Positions 39,306 through 52,489 of a stretch of 64,000 nucleotides of DNA are shown piece after piece. The translations under genes were made by a program, and so were the position numbers. The notes under the pieces were generated by a model, which worked only from the letters and a program-made list of their open reading frames with translations, ran no database searches and had not been told where the DNA came from. The stretch lies in contig NC_043012.1 in assembly GCF_006345805.1 (NCBI RefSeq), forward strand, positions 3,472,001 to 3,536,000, read 5' to 3'. This DNA comes from Octopus sinensis (taxonomy: Eukaryota). The stretch's first letter is position 1. Each line of letters opens with the position of its first letter.

Positions 39306-39434
39306 TTAAGTCTGCTGCATCAGGTTTGATGTGTGGCGACGCTTTCTATACAGATGTCTCATCCCTCCCGCAATGACACACACCACCAGAATTGCACCGT
39401 TTCTATGAACAAAATCCAGCAAATAGTAAAACAT
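39306..39434 (-). CDS. Candidate 42-aa single-pass micropeptide (MFYYLLDFVHRNGAILVVCVIAGGMRHLYRKRRHTSNLMQQT)
   Basis: Manual translation. It sits in a GC-richer patch behind a NAGNAG acceptor (TATTTTATAAG|CAG|, exon start 39457 or 39454). A hydrophobic core is followed by the basic run RKRR. An upstream minus-strand donor GG|GTAAGT lies at 39568. Confidence 0.3.
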   Translation of the reverse strand: MFYYLLDFVHRNGAILVVCVIAGGMRHLYRKRRHTSNLMQQT

Positions 39435-42400
39435 GGGTACCAGGGTTTCTCCAGCTGCTTATAAAATACATAAGGCTTAAAAAAAAACGGTGAAGCACAG
39501 TCCCTATTGGGTGCCGCAGTGAGAACAAATTCGATCGTCAACTATTTTATTTCTGGTTGTGCACTTACCCAAGACATTCTGTTGTGATTTAAAGGAAATT
39601 TCGCTGCTATTCCTAGCAGGTTGAGCAACAAATTAGTGACTCCTTTACAACCAAGCTACAATGATTTCCAGTGTAACCGGTTAGACTTATACAAGAATGT
39701 AAGGGGAAATAACTTTTCATATCGTACTGCCGACAAAAAAACGCTATTTATCTGCAACCTGTTATAATTATGTAACGAACGTTCTACGCTAAGAAATAAC
39801 ATTGTTCTGTAGATATATTCAGCCTTTTTCGAACAATTTGAAATACAAGGTACAGATAAGTTAAAAGAATAAAAAAAAAAGTTTTCAATTACTTTGAAAG
39901 TACGGGAGACAACTCCGGTTATATTTCTGAGTCATGACATTCACATTCCATTTTCAGTGTAATACTTCCGTAATTAGCAATTGATCAAGATCTAACAATA
40001 ACTGATTGAATAAAATATCGCAAGCATTTCAGTTAGGTCTTTGGTTGAAAAAAATATAATTTCTTGATGCTCTGATTGCCACTGCAATTTAGTTATATAA
40101 AAAAAGGAAATAAAATTAAGGGGAGATAAATAGTGAAAGAAGCAGCTTATTTTTTTATACATCGTAAAAACTGGCGATCGCCACCAGAAAGTGAACAAAT
40201 GTGTTCAATAGAGGTGACTTATCCTCAAAACTATAATTTATTCTAACCGGGAGACAAAGGCTATTCAGAAATATTTTCCAGGACCGTCACGCCGTCCGAT
40301 CTAACACTCCATGTTATGAAGTGCTTCGTGGGTACAACCTCGAGAAATATCCTTATCAGCTAGCACAGAATATCTGATCAACTTTCCTTCCAGTTTGTGA
40401 CTCGAACTCCAACGATAGTATAATCATTCAAATTTAGAAAAGCTAGATTTTTATCAGCACAGAATTGATAAAATGTAGTTCATATGTAACTGCCTATGCA
40501 TACAGGAATTGTGATGAGATGGAGTTAAATTCACTCATTGAAATCCAGATGTCCAAATAGCAGAGGAAAGTTATCTATAATTGATCGAAACGTGCACAGT
40601 CACATAAACAGGGCGTACAGAAAATTATTTCAGAGAAAACTATCCTATAAGGTGAAAACAGATACACAAAAGTGAAGTATATACTTATCTTCAATTTCTG
40701 AGAAAATTATTTTAAAAAAATGGATGAATCTCTACTTACCTTCGACATGACTGGATGTTATTCTCAGACTTCAAGTAAATGCTTACAGAGATTCAGAAAT
40801 GTAAGAGCAGATAACTCGTCAAGTACTAAAGGCTTTTGTTAACGTACATGATACATACATTCCATTCTCGCTCCACACATCAGAAGTTGGTGAATAATCA
40901 ATATCTTATTCATTAGAATCCGAGATGACTTGTATTTATAGCAAAATTTTCTGATTTCCATTAAAACTATATCAGGCCAAACATGCATCTCAGCTTAACA
41001 GCATTTGTGGCTTTATGTTCCTTAACCAGATTCACGTTACTAGTACCCGATCGAGAGTACGGGCTGGGTGTTAACACAATCTGAAAATTAGCCTTTTACT
41101 ACTGCAGTGCGAATAGTTTTCTTTACTTTTGTAATTTGTAAAGCATACAATTTGCTTTCGACTATTACTTTGCACAACGTTGTTTACAAAGTTTATTACG
41201 CTGGTTGTACCCAGAAAACAATGAAACCTTCCTGAGAGTATTTACAACTACAGATGAATTTTAGTAAAACGGTCAAATAAATTTTTTTACAAGGCTGAAA
41301 TAATTTTTCTCACATTTACGACTCCCTGCTGAAACTTAAATTAGTCTAGTCTAGATATATGTCAAGAGCGTACAACCTGTCAGTTTCAAATATATTGATA
41401 TTTTGCCTATTAGATCTACAATGTTGGTTAACACAAATTTAGGCTCTGAAAAAATCAGGCATGTGCTGTCAGTAATTACTCAGGGTAGGCAGTTGGTGAC
41501 GTTTATATAGTAAAACACGCAAAAGAAAAAAAAAAAGCGAAACAGGCGCGCGACTGAGTTGGAGGCAGAATTACTTCTGCCTTTATATCACATAAAGAAA
41601 ACGTTGTAGGGATGTACGCAGCACATGTACTACAGCAGTACTGTACGTAGTTTTCATACTGACATTGAGAGGCAGGGGCGAATTATACTACCTAATCTAC
41701 AAAAAAAAAAAAGCATTTTATGCATAGTAGGGTAACCTTCATAATTTAATTGAATTAGGTGCGTATTTTGCCATAAAAGGAAAATGTTACTATCGATCTA
41801 TTTTATGCAGGGTAGGCACTGCCTACCTTGCCTACCCGGGTGGCACGTCCCTGGAAAAACTACATGAAGATACACAAATTTGAGCCGTGAAAAATACACA
41901 AATGTTTATAAAGTGATTATCCACAAAACAACAAACATTTCCAATCTAAAGACTTAACCAATCACAGAAAAACTTACAAAGACGTTCAATTTAAATTTTC
42001 TCCGAAAGAAATTCCGCTACTTTTAAAATCATTATCCGAGACGTCTGAGAGACTGTAGGTTCTGAATACTCTTGAGATGAAGATATCAAATTCATAAATC
42101 GCAATCAATAATACCAAATCAGGCATTCAACAAATATATCGAATAGCATAATCAATGGATCTTATTAAATTTATTCCAACCACCTGAAGTATTTCAAACT
42201 TCCACCACTTTTTTTTTCTTAATTTTCTTTGATATAACTTCTTTATTATGTATTTCTTGGAAATAATCTGGTGAAAATTTGAAGTGCTTCGAATGTTGGA
42301 AATGCAACATGATTCTAGCCGATCAACTCTATAAAATCCAGATTTTTATCAATAACGAATCAACAAAATATTACCAATCAATTGTAAAAAGTTTAGCAAA

Positions 42401-43237
42401 TACTGATTTTCGGATTAATCAATATAAAATTTGGTTAATACTAGTTTTGTGAAGGAATAAAATTTCTTATAATTCTATACATCTACATGCAGCTCGCCTA
42501 CATTTTTTTCTTTACATATAGATTTTATGAAGTGATGAAGTTACATCGACTCCTTAAAATGCAAATATGTAAATATCAAAGAAAAGTTGAAAACATTCGT
42601 ACTTACACATCCATATTAACAAGCCATGGGTTATAAAGAAGTTTATTTGAGGAGAGAAAAGCTTATATGTAATTATGAAATAGTCTTCATTTTCAGAAGA
42701 ATGTTTTAAAAAATAAATGAATCCCCACTCACCTGCGATATGATTTGATGATGTGTTCTGCTGGAGATTGAGATTAAATCTTGAAAGATCGAAGCAGGAA
42801 TGCAGGAGCAGATAACTAATGAACCACTGAAAGCCTTTGTTAAAACATACCCCCTCCCTCCCTCTCTCGCATTCCATATTTCACACGTCAGTAGTTGTCG
42901 AGCTCACTATAAATTTGAATACAGGGGTTAGATATATTTATAGTAGAAATATTTTCTGATTTTAATTAAAACGATGTCAGGCCCAACAACAGCTCGCACG
43001 CGAGATTACAAGCGTTTCTGGCACTCGCGTTCCCTTCACAAATTTACACTTGCTAATAACCTGGTTCGATTGACCGAAATAACGTAGGTCTAAAAAGAAA
43101 GTAGGCATAACTCCTTTCTTTTGATTTAACCGTAATCAATTAACAGAAATTTGGAGCTTTCATAAATTATTTACTTCATGTTTGATAAACTATTTACCGC
43201 ATATTCTACAACATATTTTATAAATTGATTGTATCAA

Positions 43238-44206
<969 letters not shown>

Positions 44207-47200
44207 ATAAGAAAAATTTTAACCGAAATACTGCCCAACCTACACAGATTAATGTATTTGGATGTTCAATTACATTTTTCTATGAACAATCTTGAACTCG
44301 CATTTAAAATTCCCTTTCAGATACGACAGAAAGAAATACCAAATCCTCTTTAGACGGCGACAATAAAGGTAAGATTATAGCTCTTACATTTCGCGAATGA
44401 ATAATATTGTACCATGATTTTTTTTCTATATCAACATTAAATTGACAAGATGTAGTTCATATTTAATTGCCTCTTCATACAAATTATTCTGAAGTGATGA
44501 CAAAATTCACTCAAATGTCTAAGCATCAAAGAAAAGTTGTCTTGCGTTGATCAAAACATTTACACTCATACAACAATACTACACAAACATTTGTATAGGG
44601 AATCATAAGAAAATGAAACAATCTTGTTAATTGAAAAAAAAAATATACAAAAATGAAAAATAAGTTATATGTAATTATATATTGGTCTACAATTTCAGAG
44701 GAACGCTTTAAAAACACGAATAAATCTTCACTTACCTGCAATACGATATGAAGTTCTCTCTCGGAAATTCAGAATGTTTAGAGAGAGAGTCAAAGAGACA
44801 GGAATGTAAGAGCAGATAACTCATCAACTACTACGGGCTTTTATTAATCTATAATACATACTTTGTATTGTTGTTTCCACACCTTAGATGGTAATAATAG
44901 ATCAATACTTCGTAATTGATCTGAACAGAAATAGCTTATATTTATAACAATTTTATGACACAAACACAAACATATCACACAGCCAACATGCCGCCTTCTT
45001 AAACGACAATTTTAGTCCTTAACAGAGTCACAGTAACTAGGAACCGGTCGGGCGTTAATAGTTTATTGAGGTGTCGTTTCCAAACGCATTTTTTTTACAC
45101 GGTGCGATTATTATTATTATTAAATGAACAAATCGACCCTAGAACTTTTTTTAAAGTTTGGTACTTATTCTATCGGTCTCTTCCTGAACTGCTTAATTAC
45201 GGTGACGTAAACAAGCAAAGACTAGCCGTCAGGCGAAACATACACACACACACACACACACGTATGACGGTTTTCTTTCATTTGCAGTTTACTAAATTCA
45301 CACACAAAGATTTGGTCGGCCCGGAGGCATAGTATAAGAAACTTGCCCAAAGTACCTTACAAGGGAACTGAACCCGAAACCATGTGGTTGGGAAACAAAT
45401 TTCTTAGCTCATAATAATGACTGCACATTTAGTTAATTAACTCTAGAATAGCTAGATCTTTTTTTTTTTTTGAACATTATTGAATTGATAAAATATTGTC
45501 ATTCGATACGAGATATCGACATATTTGGCGAGGACTAGTTATTAGAAACAGCGTATAAATGGTTATAATTCAATATATATGTAGTAGTATACCTACTTTG
45601 CCGACAGATTACATGAACGGACGAAGTTAAATTGATTCATTGAAATCTACAGAGAAAAAAAATCACCTCCAGTTGATCAGAACATGTGCATTCACAGCCA
45701 CATAAAGAATATCCATAGGTTGTATAGAAAAGTATTTAAGAAAAAGAAATGATTCTGTTCGGTAAAAATAACTATCATAAAATTAGAGAATAGGTTACAA
45801 GTAATTATAAATCATTTTTCAATTTCAGAGGAATTTAAATTAAAAATTTAAAAAACAAAAATCACGAGTTTCCACTCACCCACGACACAGTTTGATGTTC
45901 TCGGAGATTTAGAATAAATGTTTCCAGATCGACTCAGGAATGTAAGAGCAGATAACTCGTCAATTACTAAAGGCTATTGTTTACGTTCATTCCATACACT
46001 TGGTGATTAATCAATACCTCACAATAATCGATTTGAATATGAAGTAACTTTTATTTATAGCAGATTCTTCTGACTTTCATTAAAATGATATCAAGCCTAA
46101 CGTACCGCCCACTTTAATGACACCTCCTTGATGGGAAGTTCCTTTTATGTAAGGCGGGAACAGAATCTGTCGACCAGTCACTTTCTACTGTTATTTTATT
46201 TACAGGGTTTATTTATTTAATTAACTTTCGCCGTTAGTAAAGCAGATAATTACTTTGCACCATATTGTATACAAAGTATAGACAGTGGGTAGTACCCAGA
46301 AAACAAGGGAATTTTCCCAGCAGAAGTACTACAACAGTAACACTGCAAATGAATTTAGTAAGAGAGCGAAATTAAAAGTGTATGGACAAAAAGGAAAGAA
46401 ATTTTCACACATTTACGACTCCCTACTGAAACTCAAATTAATAATGTTTATATTTATATCAACAATTCACCGAAAAACGACATTGTAACTCAGTTTGAAA
46501 TGTTTAAATATTTTGTTTATTTATATTTTTACATATATTAATAGAAACCAAGCTTTGAAAAATTATTTACATCAAAGTCTCCACCTAAGTTTATAAATTA
46601 CCTCTACTCAAGAATGGGGTATTAGAATCGAAAAACTAACGCAATCACCCGAATGATTTACTAAGATGTTCGATATGAATTTCCGATGAACAACGTTGAA
46701 AACAAAATCTATCATTTAAAATTCCCTTTCCGAGATATCTAAGAGACAATGGGTACTGAGCACTCTTGAGACTGAAGACATCGATAAATAATTAGTGGCA
46801 ATTAAGATCTGTCATTCCACATATGTATCATATACATAGTTAATCAATTCTAGAACATCTATTTATTATTATTATTATTATTTTTATCAAAATACTGTAA
46901 ATCGATATTTGGTCAAAATTGTCTTTTGACTTAGTTAATATTGGTTCTTTTGAAAGCGAGAAAATCAGCTACAGTTTCTTAAATTTATGTACAGTACGCA
47001 TATTTTCTAATACAGATTTTATGACACCAAATTTATTCCTTGAAATCCAAATATGTAAAATAGTAGAGAAAAGTTATCTGGAGTTGAAGAAAACGTGTAA
47101 AGTCACAGACCCACATAAACAAGGGATGGGTTGTACATAAATTTATCTAAGAGAAAGGAGAGATCCTCTTCGGTGAAAATACTTAATTATAAGTTACACT

Positions 47201-48806
47201 TCGATTTCAGAAAGATGTGGTTTGAAGTGCTTATAGCTCATTCTACATGTTCTTACGGAGATTGAGAATAAATATTTTGAAACTAAAAAAAAAGGAATGT
47301 AAGAGCAGATAACTCATCAAGTACTGCAAGCCTTTCTTAAACCTACATAATACACGCATTCCATTATCGCTTCATACTTCAGTTGTTGGTGTTTGGTCAA
47401 TACCTCCGAAGTTCTGATTCGCTGTTATGAATTTTAGCAATATCACAATTTTACAACTTGAATTAAAATTACAACGGACCCAACACATCATCCAGTTAAA
47501 CAACATCTCTTTGCCGTTAAGTTACTTCAACAAAGTATCCAAGCTTACTTTTCAATTAGGGGTTAACGTATACTTTGACGCATCGATTCCGATTGCGGTT
47601 TTCTGTACATAATGAAAATGTTTCTTAGAAGTACAAATGTACAAGAGCTGCTGAGTGTGGTCGCTGTTACATATTGTAGTGAACGGCTCAGTGGTTAAGG
47701 CCTTCAGTAACCACCCTATCAACTTGAACATAATCACATACGTTAGCAAGCGAGATGCAAAACCTTTGTGCCTTCTTAAATTAGTAAAACACACAAATAA
47801 CTTTCAGAAATTATGTTACAGCGTTTTGAACAAAAAGTTCAAACAATCTAGACGTTCTCAGAAAACTAGGAAATTTCCCTAAAGGTAACACAAAGATTGT
47901 ACAAATACACATTCATTTAGGAAGACGGTTAAATTAGATTGGTATGGATGAAGAGGGGGTAAAGGGAAAGTATCTGCTAATACCTGAGTTACAATTCCAC
48001 TCTACAAACAAGAACAGAAGTACAGTAATTCCTCTACTGTCGCGGGTGTTACATTCCAACTCCTCCTCCCGCGATAGGTGAAAATCCGCGAAGTAGAAAC
48101 AGTACTGTATTTTTACAATTATTTTTATAATTTGTATATATTTATTTTATTATTAATGCAAACAACACTACGGAGGAATCGACGTAAGTTTAAATAATAA
48201 ACCCTAGTAGGTAAATCGCGATATGGTGAGGGATTACTATATTGAGCTTTGAAAAATTCTTTAATTTATCGTTCACCAAAGTTTATAAAATGATTGTGTC
48301 TACAAAACAACGGAAAATTATCAACCGAAAGACCAACACAATTACAGATTAGATTACTGAGAGATTCAGTTTATATTTTCTATGAACAGCTGTGAAAAAA
48401 AGAAGAAAAAACACAACAAAGAAAAAAAAAACTATCACATTGAAAATTCTCTTTCCGAAACATGTAAGAATCAGGTAGAAAATTCAGTTTAGATCGAAGA
48501 CACCAAATGATAAATGGTTAGAAATGTTTCCTAATCTGTCATTCTCCAAGTATATATAATATAGTACAGTAATTTAATTCTAGAATATTTAGATGTTTAT
48601 TGACACGGAATTGACAATATATTATGATTTGATATGAAATACTGAAACACAAAGTAGGTCATAATTCTATTTACTCATATGTAGTTAGCATACAATTCTC
48701 TTTGCACACTGAATTCATGAACTGATGGAGTTAAATTCACTTATTGAAATTAAAATATCTAGAAGTTAAAGAAAACTTATCAGTATTTGCTCACGTTTAC
48801 CAAACA

Positions 48807-49235
48807 GGGATCTTTTCGGTTTGAACGGCAGTTTTTAACATAATTTCTAGGCAACTAAAAAATTTAAAACTTCGTATACTGGTAGAATGTGTTTATAAAA
48901 CATCTTTTTCTCTTGGCTTTATTGAGAAAATTCAATAGTTTGTAATATATTTGCTGTTTTTTCTTCTTCAATTTCTGAAATTTCAACCAATCAGTGAAGT
49001 CTATTGAGCTAAAAAGCATTATGTGTCGTATGAATATGTCCCTCGTTTAAGAAACAGATTGGGTTTATTTACATTTGTGATGAAAAAAGATACCATTCCC
49101 CCCACCCCTAACCCTAACTAACCCTAAACCCTAAAACAGATTGAAATGCAATAGATCGATACTAGGGTCATAATTATGGGTGACAATTTCATATGACAAC
49201 GCTAGAAAAAACTGCCGTTCAAACCGAAAAGATCC
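48807..49235. mobile_element. MITE-like element with ~30-bp terminal inverted repeats (TIRs) and a 6-bp target-site duplication (TSD)
   Basis: GGGATCTTTTCGGTTTGAACGGCAGTTTTT ... AAAAACTGCCGTTCAAACCGAAAAGATCCC, flanked on both sides by CAAACA. An internal CCCTAA-like run lies near 49108-49133. Confidence 0.85.
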
Positions 49236-49309
49236 CCAAACAGCAATATAAACAATACACAGGCTGTACATAAAATTATTTAAGAAGTTACAAATTATCC
49301 TGCAAAGTG

Positions 49310-49310
<1 letters not shown>

Positions 49311-49381
<71 letters not shown>
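49311..49381. repeat. (GA)n microsatellite
   Basis: Seen directly. Confidence 0.95.
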
Positions 49382-49383
<2 letters not shown>

Positions 49384-49913
49384 AAGTTATATGTAATTAT
49401 AAATTTATCTTAAATTTCAGATAAAACGTTTGTAGAGTTTTGATCCAAGCTTCACTCACCTGTTACGTGATTGGATTCGAACAAACACCGATTTAGAATA
49501 AAAGATTACAAAACGGGTTAGGAATGTAAGAGCAGATAACTCATCAACAACTACGGGCCTTTCTTGATGACATTCCACAAATCAGTTGTCGATTATAGAT
49601 GAATACTTCGTAATAATTGATTTCAATATATAATTACTTAATTCATAGTACAACATTATGATTGAAACGATATCAGGCCTGACGTGCTTAATGGTACCTC
49701 ATTGCTCTCAAGTCCATTTAACACAGACACACAGAGAAAAACACGATTACTAATATCCGGTTTAGATTTCAGGTTGGGTTTCACGCAATGTTTTGACGAA
49801 CTGGTTGTCGCCGCAATTTTCTCTGTACATTGCGACTGTTTATCAGAATGTTCGAGAGTCGTTCAGTGGTGGTTGCCGCTATATACTGTAGCGGTGGTCT
49901 CAGTGGGTATATA

Positions 49914-50128
49914 CTCTTACTCTTTCATTTGTTTCAGTCATTTGACTGTGGCCATGCTGGAGCACCGCCTTTAGTCAAGCAAATCGACCCCAGGACTTAT
50001 TCTTTGTAAGCCAAGTACTTATTCTATCGGTCTCTTTTGCTGAACTGCTAAGTTACGGGGACGTAAACACACCAGCATCGGTTGTCAAGCGATGTTGGGG
50101 GGACAAACACAGACACACAAACATACAC

Positions 50129-50202
<74 letters not shown>

Positions 50203-50352
50203 GACGGGCTTCTTTCAGTTTCCGTCTACTAAATCCACTCACAAGGCTTTGGTCGGCCCGAGGCTATAGTAGAAGACACTTGCCCAAGGTGCCACGCAGT
50301 GGGACTGAACCCGGAACCATGAGGTTCGTAAGTAAGCTACTTACCACACAGC
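49914..50352 (-). mobile_element. tRNA-derived SINE family A, full length
   Basis: Near-identical to the 3358-3763 copy in reverse orientation. It is absent from the paralogous unit at about 53040-53060. Confidence 0.88.
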
Positions 50353-50609
50353 AGCCTTATTAACTTCAGTAAAGTCACTACAAACATTAGTAAGATAGAT
50401 GCAAAACTCACTCTGATCTTGTTATTTTTAAAGCATATAAATAGCTTTCAAAACTTCTTTGCAAAGTGTTGTAAACAATGTTTAGACACGTAGTTATACC
50501 TCAGAAGACAATGGAATTTTTCTGACGGTAACACAATGAACATACAAATACTGATTCATCCGATAAAATGTTCACTTTAAATATGTATGGACAAATAGGG
50601 AAGAAAATT

Positions 50610-50944
50610 TGGTCAAACTAAAGTGTTTGACCCGGTCAGAAAAACAAAACAAAAAATAGTGTAATAGGTGGAAAACAATTTCCTCTAAACGAATATGACC
50701 AAAAAAAATGCGCACTCGCGAAAGTGGGGGTGGGGGAAAGGCCTCGGAAAATTCACATCGTGATTTTCCGAAAGCCTCTGAGGGTCTGACCCGGGCACAG
50801 AAAAAAAATAGTGTAATAGGGTTAAAACAACTTGCTCTAAACGAATATGACAAAAAAATGCGCACTCGCGAAAGAAGTGGGGGAGAGGACTCGGAAAATT
50901 CACATTATGTTTTCCTGACTGGGTCAAACGCTTTAGTTTGACCA
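50610..50944. mobile_element. MITE-like element with ~30-bp TIRs and an internal ~140-bp tandem duplication
   Basis: TGGTCAAACTAAAGTGTTTGACCCGGTCAG ... CTGACTGGGTCAAACGCTTTAGTTTGACCA, flanked by AAAATT. The paralogous unit at about 53295-53310 lacks it. Confidence 0.75.
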
Positions 50945-52132
50945 AAAATTTCTTACATCTTTAATTCTAGATTGATATCGACAGTATACCGACAGAATAT
51001 TGTGAACTAAAGTATCTGAATATTTTGGTACCACAAATTATTTGAGAGACAACATAAATGCTATTAAATTCTCTTTTCATATGGATCTTAGAAATTGAAG
51101 CAGTTAAAATTTAATCATTGAATCCCAACTGACTATTCTGTGATTGATCAAAACATGGACACACAGACACGATAATCATATACAATATAGCTTTACATAC
51201 AAATTCCTATTATATAAAATAAATTAACATAATTATGTAGAATAAGTTATAAGTAGTTGAAAATTTGCCTCGAATTTGGAGTAAATATTCACATAGCAGC
51301 GAAGGAATCCCCGCTCCTCATCCCTGGATTTTGTCACAGATTCAGAAACAATATTTATAGAGAGGGTCACGAAAACGGGAGTTGATTCATCTCCCCATGA
51401 TTATATTATAAAAAGAGATGATAAAACACATGAAATGAAAATGTATGCATTTGTCAACTTATATCAAAAACGCATCTGTTCTTTGTGAATACTTCAGCGG
51501 TTAGTAATTGAAATAAAGCAGAAGACTGTGAGAAGATCAGACAAAACTCATTCTTTTCGACTAAAGTATAAAACACAAAAAGAAAAACCGGGGGCTTTGA
51601 AAAACTCTTTACATGCTATTCTACGCTAAATATTTAAATTTGATTGTGTGCACAACACAATAGAATGTGTAACTCCGCAAGACTAACACAACCACAGATT
51701 AATTTAGTTAAGAGATTCAATTCGAATTTTCTATGAATAATGGTGAAAGAAATCCGTCACATTAAAAAGTTCTCTTCCGAAAGTGTAGATGGTAAATTCT
51801 TTCTAATTTGAAGACATCGAATTGACAAATAGTTAGATTAGACGATGCTACATATTTAATGCTTTAGTTACTATTGGATTTTCAAAGGAACTGACAACTG
51901 TTTATAATGCTATATCATATGCAATTCGTATGCATTTCAGTTTACATATAAAGCATATGAAATGATGGATGTTGTAACAGTGACTCCTAGGAAATTGAAA
52001 TGTCGACACACTGGAGAAAAGTTAACTCGAGTCGATGAATACTTGTATACCCACGATGCTACATAAAACAATATATGCGTTAGAAAATTACTATTTGTAA
52101 ACCTCACAACGAGAGATATTCAGCAACAGTAC

Positions 52133-52489
52133 ATTGGAGTAAAGATTGTTTGCCAACGTAACTTGACAGTCCTGGTTTAGGAAGAATGTTGCTGTAATTT
52201 AGCCCCAGGAGACATTGTCTCCAGCTGGCCATACGACATGATCTGTGTCCTTATATTTTCGAACAAGGGAATCTAAACATTGTTTACAACATTTTGCAAA
52301 GCACTTCAGTTGTCGATATGATCTGTTTTGAGCTGAGCGGGGGTGCTAGATTCCCTTGTTCTAAAATATAAGGACACAGATCATGTTGTATAGCCAGCTG
52401 GAGACGATGTCTCCTGGGGCTAAATTACAGCAACATTCGTCCTAACCCAGGACTGCCATGTTATGTTGGCAAGCAATCTTTACTCCAAT
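52133..52489. repeat. Long inverted repeat (143-bp arms, 71-bp spacer, about 92% identity by eye)
   Basis: 52133-52275 versus 52347-52489, with about 10-11 mismatches counted manually. Confidence 0.85.
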
